Position numbers and translations under genes: made by a program. A stretch of DNA of 64,000 nucleotides from Gemmatimonadota bacterium (GTDB taxonomy: Bacteria > Gemmatimonadota > Gemmatimonadetes > Gemmatimonadales > GWC2-71-9), in assembly GCA_031402225.1 (NCBI GenBank), contig JANNSD010000023.1:11612-75611 (forward strand). The letters are read 5' to 3'. Numbering within the stretch: the stretch's first letter is position 1; every line of letters starts with the position of its first letter. The notes beneath the pieces are model-generated. The model did not search any database. It was not told the DNA's origin and saw only the letters and a program-made list of their open reading frames with translations. Shown here in pieces: positions 7,526 to 14,756 of the stretch.

Positions 7526-9060
7526 GCGATCCGGTGACCGGACTGCCGGCCGGGCGCGGGCTTGCCATCGTCGGGGCCGTCGCCCAGCGGCTCAACTCCG
7601 GCGCCCCGCAGGAAGAGACGGTCGCGGCCGTCGCGGAGGTGCTGCGAACCCAGCTGCCGGCCAGCGCGGTCGCGCTATGGGTGCACGAAGCCAACGCGAC
7701 GACCTTTGTGCGCATCGGGAGCGGCGGGGGCCTGGAGGGCGGCGCCCGTGTGCCGCGGCTCGACCAGCTTCCTGCCATGGACCCGGGGGCGGAGCGCCTG
7801 GCCCTGGTGCACGACAGCGAGACGCTCGGCGTGCTGGAGGTTCACGGGGCCGCGCCTGAGGCCGGCGTGGTGCTGCGGGTCGTGGCGCACGTGCTCTCCC
7901 CATTCCTCGCCGCGGTTGAGCTCTCGGAAGACCTCGCCTACGAGGTGGCGTCGCAGTCGCGCGAGATCGAGGAACAGCGCCGCTTCACCTCCCTGGTCAT
8001 TGACAGCCTTCCGGTTGGACTCTACGTCGTCGATCGCGATTACCGCATCCAGGTCTGGAATCGCAAGCGCGAGACCGGTACCCAGGGCCTCCCGCGCACG
8101 GAAACGGTCGGTCGCCGCCTGTTCGAGGTGCTGACCCGGCAGCCGGCGGCCGAGCTCAAGGCCGAGTTCGACCGGGTCTTCGAGACCGGTGCCATTGAAC
8201 AGGTGGAGTTGGAGGTGCCGCAGGGCGGGGACGTGCGCTACTTCCGCACCACCAAGCTCCCGATGCGGCTCGATGGCGAGGGCATCACGCACGTCATCAC
8301 CATCGGCGAGGACGTGACCGAGTGGCGCGCGATCCAGGTGCAGATCAACCAGAGCGAGAAGCTCGCCGCCATCGGCCAGCTCGCCGCCGGCATCATGCAC
8401 GAGATCAACAATCCGCTGGCCACCATCGGCGCGTGCGTGGCCGCCATGGACGGCCGCATCGCCGAGTTCGGCGCCCAGCAGGCCATCCCGCTGCGGGAGT
8501 ATCTCGACATCATCGAGAAGGAGGTCCATCGCTGCACCAGCATCGTGGACGGCCTGCTCGACTTCAGCCGTCCCAAGGGCAAGCGCAAGGCTGCCGTGCT
8601 GATCAACACCGTGGTGGAGGACGCGCTCTTCCTGTTCAAGCACCACGAGCGGTACAAGCAGTACGTGGTGGAGACGTCGCTGGCGGAGGGATTGCCTCCG
8701 GTGCACGCGAACGCGGAGCAGCTGATCCAGGTGCTCATGGCCCTCATGCTCAACGCGCTGGATGCCATGGAGCCGGGTGGCCGGCTGACCCTTCGCACGG
8801 CAGGCACGCGCTGGCGCTCCGACGAGGTGGTGGTGGAGGTCGAGGACACCGGGGAGGGGATCCCGTCCTTGGTGCGGCCCCGGATCTTCGAGCCGTTCTT
8901 CACCACCAAGCCGACCGGCCGCGGCACGGGACTCGGGCTTTCCATCTGCTATGGTATTGTGGAGGAACACCGCGGACGGATCGAGGTCGACGCGCAGGCC
9001 GGCGGCGGCAGTGTCTTCCGCGTGTTCCTGCCCACCCTGCCGCCGGGCACCGACGCATGA
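7459..9060 (+). CDS. Cytoplasmic GAF-like/PAS sensor histidine kinase
   Basis: 533-aa ORF (alternative coupled start GTG 7522). No TM segment. PAS region (LPVGLYVVDRDYRIQVWNRKRE...), H-box AAGIMHEINNPLATI, and ATPase boxes LMLNALDAM, VEDTGEGIP, GTGLGLSICYGIV. Confidence 0.85.
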   Translation: MARGERGRRRGASGGPTARLAVSDPVTGLPAGRGLAIVGAVAQRLNSGAPQEETVAAVAEVLRTQLPASAVALWVHEANATTFVRIGSGGGLEGGARVPRLDQLPAMDPGAERLALVHDSETLGVLEVHGAAPEAGVVLRVVAHVLSPFLAAVELSEDLAYEVASQSREIEEQRRFTSLVIDSLPVGLYVVDRDYRIQVWNRKRETGTQGLPRTETVGRRLFEVLTRQPAAELKAEFDRVFETGAIEQVELEVPQGGDVRYFRTTKLPMRLDGEGITHVITIGEDVTEWRAIQVQINQSEKLAAIGQLAAGIMHEINNPLATIGACVAAMDGRIAEFGAQQAIPLREYLDIIEKEVHRCTSIVDGLLDFSRPKGKRKAAVLINTVVEDALFLFKHHERYKQYVVETSLAEGLPPVHANAEQLIQVLMALMLNALDAMEPGGRLTLRTAGTRWRSDEVVVEVEDTGEGIPSLVRPRIFEPFFTTKPTGRGTGLGLSICYGIVEEHRGRIEVDAQAGGGSVFRVFLPTLPPGTDA

Positions 9061-9725
9061 AGATCCTGGCGATCGAGGACGACCACACCGTCGGCCAGTA
9101 CGTGAAGCGCGGGCTCGAGGAACAGCGCTTTCACGTGGACCTCGCCGTGGACGGGCTCGAGGGCCTGCGCCTGGCGTCCGGTGGGCAGTATGACCTCATC
9201 ATTCTCGACCTGCGCCTGCCGGAAATGTCCGGCCTCGAGGTGCTCCGCAACCTCCGCGATCGCGGACTCACGGTGCCGATCCTGGTCCTGACGGCCCAGG
9301 ATTCCGTCGACTTCAAGGTGCAGGCGCTGCGCACCGGCGCCGATGACTACGTCACCAAGCCCTTCTCGTTCGAGGAACTGCTGGCCCGGGTGGAGGCGCT
9401 GGGCCGGCGGCCGCAGCAGCTCCGCAGCCCGGTGTTCCGCGTGCTGGACCTCGAGCTGGACACCGCGACCCATGAGGCTCGGCGCGGCACCGAGCCCATC
9501 GAGCTTACGCCGAAGGAGTACACGGTGCTCGAATACCTGATGCGCCATGCCGGGCGCGTCATGTCCCGCACGCTCATCACGGAGTATGCCTGGGACTACC
9601 ACTTCGATCCCGGCACCAACATCGTCGACGTCGTGATCAACCGGCTGCGCAAGAAGATCGACTCCGGCCACGCGCGAAAGCTCATCCACACCGTGCGCGG
9701 GGTGGGGTACACGGTGAAGGGCTGA
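9057..9725 (+). CDS. OmpR/PhoB-family response regulator
   Basis: ATG 9057 overlaps the kinase stop (ATGA). MKILAIEDDH..., YDLIILDLRLPEMSG, LTAQD, GADDYVTKPF, then a winged helix (LTPKEYTVLEYLM, IVDVVINRLRKKI, IHTVRGVGY). The track ORF 8322..9725 carries an out-of-frame N-terminal shadow. Confidence 0.9.
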   Translation: MKILAIEDDHTVGQYVKRGLEEQRFHVDLAVDGLEGLRLASGGQYDLIILDLRLPEMSGLEVLRNLRDRGLTVPILVLTAQDSVDFKVQALRTGADDYVTKPFSFEELLARVEALGRRPQQLRSPVFRVLDLELDTATHEARRGTEPIELTPKEYTVLEYLMRHAGRVMSRTLITEYAWDYHFDPGTNIVDVVINRLRKKIDSGHARKLIHTVRGVGYTVKG

Positions 9726-9726
9726 C

Positions 9727-11190
9727 ATGAGCAGCATTCGCTCGCGGCTCGCCGTGGGCTATGCGGTGACGCTGCTGCTCACGCTGGGCGGGTTCTGTGC
9801 GGCGGTCTACTACGAGTTGCGCAAGCCGAGCATCTCCGGGCTGGACCAGGAGCTGGCCCGCGAGCGCGACCTGGCCATCCAGTACCTCACCGAAGCGCAC
9901 CGCGTGCTCGGTCCACTGGTGGAGCCGGGCGTGTCGCCGGTGCTCGCCCGCGGCATCGCCGCCGGGTTCCAGGGGCTGCGCGACTACCTGCTGCTGGTCG
10001 ACACCGCGGGCAGTATCCTGTTCACCTCGGATTCCCTGGCCGCGCTACCCTTCGGGGACCTGCAGATCCTCACCAACCTGCTGGCGCCGCCTCCCGCGGA
10101 GCGCCGGTCGGTGTCGCTGCGCCTGCAATCAGGTCGCGAGGTGCGCGCGATCGCCTCCCCGCTGGGCACGGCAGGCGAGCCGATCAGCGCCATCCTCGTG
10201 GCCGCTCCGGTCGACCGCGGTGCGCTCGATGCCAGCGTGTTCTTGCGCTCCATGCTGCTCGTCGCCCCACTCGTGCTGCTGGCCTCGGTGTTCGCCGGCT
10301 ACTGGCTGTCGGCCCGTGCCCTCCGGCCGGTGCAGGGCATCATCGATGAACTGGAGGCAATTACCGACGGACGGAGCCTCCACCGCCGCCTGGCGGTGCC
10401 GCTCGCCGCCGACGAGGTATCGCGCCTGGCGCAGACACTCAACGGGATGCTCGCCCGGCTGGAACAGAGCTTCTCCAGCCTGCACCGCTTTACCGCCGAT
10501 GCCAGCCATGAGCTCAAGACGCCGCTGATGGTGCTCCGTGCCGGCGTGGAGCGCTCGCTCACCAATCCCCGGACGCCGAACGAGGTGATGGCGTCCCTCG
10601 ACGAGACGCTGGGCGAGATCAACCGCATGACTGAGCTGGTCGAGAGCCTGCTCACCCTGGCGCGGGCCGACGACGGCCGGGCGCCGCTGCCGGTCGAGCG
10701 TACCGACCTGCGCGAACTGATGGCCGAAGCCTCGGAGACGGCGGGGATGCTGGCCGAGTCGGGGCGGCTCAAGGTGGTGACGAGCATGCCCGAGGCGCCG
10801 GTATGGGTCATGGTGGACCGGCGGCGCATTCGCGAGATGCTGCTCAACCTGGTGACCAACGCCATCAAGTACACCCCCGCAGCCGGCCGGGTGGATCTCT
10901 CACTGGGCATCCGCCGCGATGGGGCGGCCATCATCGTGCGGGACACGGGTATCGGTATCGCGTCCAATGACTTGCCGCATATCTTCGAGCGCTTCTGGCG
11001 GGCAGACCTGGCACGGACGCGCACCGGCGAGCGCCCAGGCAGTGGCCTTGGGCTGGCTATCACGAAATGGATCGCCGAGGCGCATGGGGGCTCGATTACT
11101 GCCTCGAGTCGCCCGGGCCGGGGGACAACCCTGACGGTCGTGCTTCCTCTGGCGGGGGAGCAATCGCCGACGAGTGCTGAAGTGTCGTGA
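9727..11190 (+). CDS. Membrane HAMP sensor histidine kinase with periplasmic loop (CusS/heavy-metal-sensor-like architecture)
   Basis: 487-aa ORF. Two hydrophobic segments (VGYAVTLLLTLGGFCAAVYY; MLLVAPLVLLASVFAGYWL) flank a loop of about 150 aa. These are followed by HAMP, H-box FTADASHELKTPL, LLNLVTNAIKYTP, VRDTGIGIA and GSGLGLAITKWIAEAHGG. Confidence 0.88.
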   Translation: MSSIRSRLAVGYAVTLLLTLGGFCAAVYYELRKPSISGLDQELARERDLAIQYLTEAHRVLGPLVEPGVSPVLARGIAAGFQGLRDYLLLVDTAGSILFTSDSLAALPFGDLQILTNLLAPPPAERRSVSLRLQSGREVRAIASPLGTAGEPISAILVAAPVDRGALDASVFLRSMLLVAPLVLLASVFAGYWLSARALRPVQGIIDELEAITDGRSLHRRLAVPLAADEVSRLAQTLNGMLARLEQSFSSLHRFTADASHELKTPLMVLRAGVERSLTNPRTPNEVMASLDETLGEINRMTELVESLLTLARADDGRAPLPVERTDLRELMAEASETAGMLAESGRLKVVTSMPEAPVWVMVDRRRIREMLLNLVTNAIKYTPAAGRVDLSLGIRRDGAAIIVRDTGIGIASNDLPHIFERFWRADLARTRTGERPGSGLGLAITKWIAEAHGGSITASSRPGRGTTLTVVLPLAGEQSPTSAEVS

Positions 11191-11207
11191 CAGCGACACT
11201 CTCAATG

Positions 11208-11255
11208 GTCACCCCGCGTCACCACCTGTAATTCAGTCGTCACCGATTTGTCATC
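11208..11255. promoter_or_regulatory. Four helically phased GTCAYC repeats upstream of tonB-exbBD; candidate response-regulator binding array
   Basis: GTCACC at 11208, 11218 and 11239, and GTCATC at 11250 (spacings 10, 21 and 11 bp). The distal pair CGTCACCGATTTGTCATC resembles a Pho-box-type arrangement of two direct repeats 11 bp apart. Function is inferred. Confidence 0.3.
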
Positions 11256-11333
11256 CCGCCCCCAGCACCAAGCCATTTCCGAGCGGTATGCTCCCCTGCA
11301 CTCGTTGACCATCATTGAGCGAGGAGGGCGGTA

Positions 11334-12038
11334 GTGTTCGAGAACCTGATCGAATCGTCCAACAAGGGCTCGAAGTCGTTGGGGCAGTCGATCCTGTCGG
11401 TGATCATTCACGGCCTGGTGATCTTCGCGGCCGTTGCGGCCACGAAGGGTGCCGCCGAGGAGATCAAGCAGCGGGTCATCGATACGACGCTCGTCTTCCT
11501 CAAGCCACCGGAGCCCAACCAGCCGCCGCCACCCCCGCCGCCACAGGATGTGGTGGTGTCGGCGAATCCGCCGCCCAAGGGGTTCCAGACGATCATCCCG
11601 CCGGACATCATTCCGAAGGACATTCCTCCGATCGACTTGAACGCGAAGCCGTTCGATCCGAAGGATTTCTCCGGCAAGGGCGTCGAGGGTGGCATCGCGA
11701 CCGGTATCGAGGGTGGCACCGGTCCGGTGGAACTGGGCCAGGTCTTCCTGACCTCGCAGCTGGATGATCCGGCGCAGCGCATTTCCGGACCGCCGCCGCG
11801 CTACCCGCCCGTCATGGCGAGCGCCGGCATCGCCGGGTCGGTGGACCTGCAGTTCATCATCGACACGACCGGGCACGTCGAGCCCGGCTCGCTCAAGGTG
11901 CTGGCGAAGACGCACGATGCCTTTGTGGAGCCGGCCAAGGAGGCCATCCAGAAGAGCATCTACAAGCCGGCGCGCTACAAGGGTGAGCCGGTGCGGCAGC
12001 AGGTGCAGCAGCGCGTGTCGTTTACGAGCCCGAATTGA
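11334..12038 (+). CDS. tonB: TonB-family energy transducer
   Basis: 234-aa ORF (GTG start). It has an N-terminal anchor ILSVIIHGLVIFAAVAA, a Pro-rich spacer PPEPNQPPPPPPPQ, and a C-terminal TonB_C-like domain (YPPVMASAGIAGSVDLQFIIDTTGHV...YKPARYKGEPV). Confidence 0.8.
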   Translation: MFENLIESSNKGSKSLGQSILSVIIHGLVIFAAVAATKGAAEEIKQRVIDTTLVFLKPPEPNQPPPPPPPQDVVVSANPPPKGFQTIIPPDIIPKDIPPIDLNAKPFDPKDFSGKGVEGGIATGIEGGTGPVELGQVFLTSQLDDPAQRISGPPPRYPPVMASAGIAGSVDLQFIIDTTGHVEPGSLKVLAKTHDAFVEPAKEAIQKSIYKPARYKGEPVRQQVQQRVSFTSPN

Positions 12039-12124
12039 TCGCCTGATTGCGGATTGCCTGATCATCGTACCGCGCGCCGGGCGCCGCGGTGGAGCCATTC
12101 AACCGTTGAACCGAGGAGTACACG

Positions 12125-12874
12125 ATGGGCGTCGATCTTCTGCACCTGTGGGCCCAGATGGGCATGTTCGCGAAGGGCATTGTCGTCATCATGGCGCTGA
12201 TGTCGGTGTTCTCGCTGACGATCATGATCACGAAACTGATCCAGATCAAGAAGAGCGAAGCGGCGACGCGCAAGTTCGCGCCGACCTTCTCTCGCGCTAT
12301 CCAGGAAGAGAATCTGGACCAGGCGATCGCGCTCGCCGAGAAGAACCGGGCCGGTCACCTGTCCCGCGTGGTCGGTGGGGCCCTGGGTGAAGTGAAGCCG
12401 CTGATCCGCGATCGCGCGACGATCACCGCGGCCGACATCAACTCCTCCGAGCGTGCCGTCGAGCGCCAGATGCTGATCACGCTGTCCGAGTTCAAGCGCG
12501 GCCTCCCGGTGCTCGCGACCGTCGGCGCTACGGCACCGTTCGTCGGCCTGCTTGGCACCACGATGGGTATCGTGAACGCCTTCACCGGCATGGCGCAGCA
12601 GGGCGCGTCCGGCGGCCTGGCCGGCATCTCGGCCGGTATCGCCGAGGCCCTGATCACCACTGCCTTCGGCCTCATGGTCGCCATCCCGGCGGTATGGGCC
12701 TACAACTACTTCCAGACCAAGATCGAGAACCTCACGGTCGAGATGACCTACGGCTCCAAGGAACTCATCGACTACCTCATCAAGAGCGTCGGCAGCGAGT
12801 TCGGCCGGTCGATCTTCACCAAGGAGTTCCAGGCCCAGAAGGCGGTCACCGGCGCGGGACAGATCAGCGGCTGA
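12125..12874 (+). CDS. exbB: MotA/TolQ/ExbB proton-channel protein
   Basis: 249-aa ORF with LATVGATAPFVGLLGTTMGIVNAF and GIAEALITTAFGLMVAIPAV, the conserved TM2/TM3 signature of the family. SD GAGGAG lies upstream. Confidence 0.88.
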   Translation: MGVDLLHLWAQMGMFAKGIVVIMALMSVFSLTIMITKLIQIKKSEAATRKFAPTFSRAIQEENLDQAIALAEKNRAGHLSRVVGGALGEVKPLIRDRATITAADINSSERAVERQMLITLSEFKRGLPVLATVGATAPFVGLLGTTMGIVNAFTGMAQQGASGGLAGISAGIAEALITTAFGLMVAIPAVWAYNYFQTKIENLTVEMTYGSKELIDYLIKSVGSEFGRSIFTKEFQAQKAVTGAGQISG

Positions 12875-12916
12875 TGGTGCTGATCGGCCCTCACACGCAC
12901 GGAAAGGCAGGCCAGT

Positions 12917-13378
12917 ATGGGTATGGCGATCGGATCGGCCGGGCAGTCACAGGTCAAGTCGGAGCCCAACGTGGTGCCGATGATCGATGTGATGCTCGTG
13001 CTGCTGATCATTTTCATGATCGTGACACCGCTCATCTCCGCCGGGTTCAAGGCGACGATGCCGAAGGGTGCCAACCTCGACCCTGATCCTGAGGGCGAGG
13101 GTGAGGTGATCCTCGGCATCGATGAGTCGGGCAACTACTACATCGACGCGCGCGCCGTGGCCAAGGGCGCGCTCGAAGACCAGTTGAGGGCGAAGTACAC
13201 CAACCGGGAAAAGGACAAGATCCTGTACCTCAAGGCCGACAACCAGTTGGCCTACGGGTCGGTGCAGGAGGCCATCGAGATCGCGCGGACCGCCGGCGTG
13301 CGGGTCATTGCCGCCGTGACGGATCGCGACGGCGGGGTCTTCGCCGCCGATGCCGCCAAGAAAAAGGAGGGCCAGTAA
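12917..13378 (+). CDS. exbD: ExbD/TolR biopolymer transport protein (copy 1)
   Basis: 153-aa ORF: SEPNVVPMIDVMLVLLIIFMIVTP, followed by the periplasmic ExbD fold pattern (ILYLKADNQLAYGSVQEAIEIARTAGV). Confidence 0.88.
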   Translation: MGMAIGSAGQSQVKSEPNVVPMIDVMLVLLIIFMIVTPLISAGFKATMPKGANLDPDPEGEGEVILGIDESGNYYIDARAVAKGALEDQLRAKYTNREKDKILYLKADNQLAYGSVQEAIEIARTAGVRVIAAVTDRDGGVFAADAAKKKEGQ

Positions 13379-13379
13379 C

Positions 13380-13799
13380 ATGGGCATGTCGGTGGGTGGT
13401 GGCTCGTCGACGCTGACGTCGGAGCCGAATGTCGTACCGATGATCGACATCCTGCTGGTGCTGTTGATCATCTTCATGATCACGCAGCCCCTGTCGCGCA
13501 CCACGATCAGTGTCCAGGTGGCCCCGCCCATCGAGGACAACCAGGTCAAGTCGGAAATCAACAACCAGATCGTGCTCGAACTGGGCGATGACGGCTCCTA
13601 CGCGATCAACCAGCAGCCGGTTCCCAAGGACCAGCTCGATACCCAGCTGCACGCCATTTTCGATGCGCGCCCGGCCAAGCTGCTGTTTCTCAAGCCGGGA
13701 CAGCGGCGGATCTACCAGGACGTTGTGGCCGCGATGGACGTAGCGAAGGGTGCGGGGATCCAGATCATCGGGTTTACGCCGAAGGAAGCGTACAGATAG
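13380..13799 (+). CDS. exbD: ExbD/TolR biopolymer transport protein (copy 2)
   Basis: ATG 13380 is preceded by AAAAAGGAGG and lies 1 nt after the stop of copy 1. MGMSVGGGSSTLTSEPNVVPMIDILLVLLIIFMITQP..., LLFLKPGQRRIYQDVVAAMDVAKGAGI. Confidence 0.85.
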   Translation: MGMSVGGGSSTLTSEPNVVPMIDILLVLLIIFMITQPLSRTTISVQVAPPIEDNQVKSEINNQIVLELGDDGSYAINQQPVPKDQLDTQLHAIFDARPAKLLFLKPGQRRIYQDVVAAMDVAKGAGIQIIGFTPKEAYR

Positions 13800-13802
13800 G
13801 CC

Positions 13803-13905
13803 GTGAGGACGTGAGGACGTGAGGCGAGGGAAGGGCGGAAATGGTGTCGGTTTCCGCCCTTCTTCCATTCCAGCCACCTCACGTCCTCACGTCCTCACGT
13901 CCTCA
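13803..13905. repeat. Nested inverted repeat: octamer arrays (GTGAGGAC)n / (CCTCACGT)n flanking a 12-bp GC hairpin
   Basis: Left arm: GTGAGGAC GTGAGGAC GTGAGG (13803-13824). Inner stem: GAAGGGCGGAAA (13830-13841), loop TGGTGTCGG, then TTTCCGCCCTTC (13851-13862). Right arm: CCTCACGT x3 plus CCTCA (13877-13905), complementary to the left arm. The element starts 4 nt after the exbD stop. Confidence 0.75.
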
Positions 13906-13948
13906 ATGTGCGCCCTCCCCCTTACGTTTCGTCATCTCTCTCACCGCC

Positions 13949-14731
13949 ATGGCTCCCTCGCGCTCACACCTCTTTGACATTGACCTGCCCGACAGCCCGG
14001 GCAGGCGCCGTGCGGCACGATGGGGTGTGGTGGCGGCGTTGCTGCTGCACGCGCTGGTCATTGGCCTGGTGCTCTGGCGTGGGCCCGAGTTCTGGCAGCT
14101 GACCCCGTCCAGCGGCACGCCAGCGCCCGCGCGCGGTGGGGGTGGTGGCGGTGGTGGCGGTGGTGGCACCCGGCCCAACGTCGTCTATATTCTCCCCCCG
14201 GCCGCCAAGGCTCCCGTGCCGGCGCCAGTTCCGCCCGTCAAGCCGCCACCACCCGTGCCACCCCCGCCGGTGCCTCCGGCGCGCACAGAAGTCGCCAGCG
14301 TCGTGGCCCCATCCGACTCGGTCGCGGCCTCGACCGGCGCGGCCGGCCCCGGGGAGGGACCCGGCACCGGCGGCGGTGCCGGTGGAGGCACCGGTGGCGG
14401 ACAGGGTACCGGCACAGGCACCGGAACCGGTCCCGGCGCCGGCGGTGGGGAGGGTGGCACCATTCGGCCCCCCGTCTGGAGCGCCGGAGCACTGCCATTC
14501 GGCGAGACGCCGAAGTCGCTTCGCGGCCGCTACATCGACGTCACCTTCTGGGTGGCCCTCGATGGCCGGGTCGAGCGGATCGGCATCGAGCCACCGATCG
14601 AGGACGCGAAGTACCGGGAGTACTTCAGCGAAGTGATGATGCGTACCTGGCGCTTCAGGCCGGCACGCGCTCCGTCCGGCGAAGCGGTGCCAGGCACGGT
14701 GACGATCGGCTTCAATCTGCCCAGCAAGTGA
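13949..14731 (+). CDS. Second TonB-like protein with Gly-rich and Pro-rich linkers
   Basis: Internal ATG 13949 of ORF 13841..14731; the 13841 ATG sits inside the hairpin loop. It has the anchor WGVVAALLLHALVIGLVLW, a G11 run, a PVPAPVPPVKPPPPVPPPPVPP spacer, a (G/T/P)-rich tract, and a C-terminal TonB_C-like segment (IDVTFWVALDGRVERIGIEPP...WRFRPARAPSGEAVPGTVTIGFNL). Confidence 0.65.
   Translation: MAPSRSHLFDIDLPDSPGRRRAARWGVVAALLLHALVIGLVLWRGPEFWQLTPSSGTPAPARGGGGGGGGGGGTRPNVVYILPPAAKAPVPAPVPPVKPPPPVPPPPVPPARTEVASVVAPSDSVAASTGAAGPGEGPGTGGGAGGGTGGGQGTGTGTGTGPGAGGGEGGTIRPPVWSAGALPFGETPKSLRGRYIDVTFWVALDGRVERIGIEPPIEDAKYREYFSEVMMRTWRFRPARAPSGEAVPGTVTIGFNLPSK
14135..14167 (+). repeat. Eleven consecutive Gly codons including (GGTGGTGGC)x3 inside the TonB-like gene
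   Basis: Read directly: GGT GGG GGT GGT GGC GGT GGT GGC GGT GGT GGC, in frame with 13949. Confidence 0.9.
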
Positions 14732-14756
14732 CCTGTTTCTCAGGCCGGAGCCACGC

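Noticed and set aside
12037-12110. Small repeats upstream of exbB: GATCGCCTGAT / GATTGCCTGAT (15-bp period) and the inverted repeat TTCAAC-C-GTTGAA (12098-12110).
   Set aside because: They are short, single-copy and partly overlap the tonB stop codon region. I cannot distinguish them from chance without conservation data.
13803-13905. Possible CRISPR array or minisatellite, given the repeated GTGAGGAC / CCTCACGT units (also 18685..18715).
   Set aside because: The units are 7-8 bp and directly tandem with no spacers, and no cas genes are present. This is not CRISPR-like. They are reported instead as tandem arrays next to hairpins.
13841-13948. The upstream ATG (13841) as the start of the second TonB-like gene.
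   Set aside because: That ATG lies in the loop of the 12-bp hairpin, and the added 36 residues would be translated from the repeat arms. ATG 13949 gives a normal short cytoplasmic N-terminus before the membrane anchor. Kept as an alternative only.
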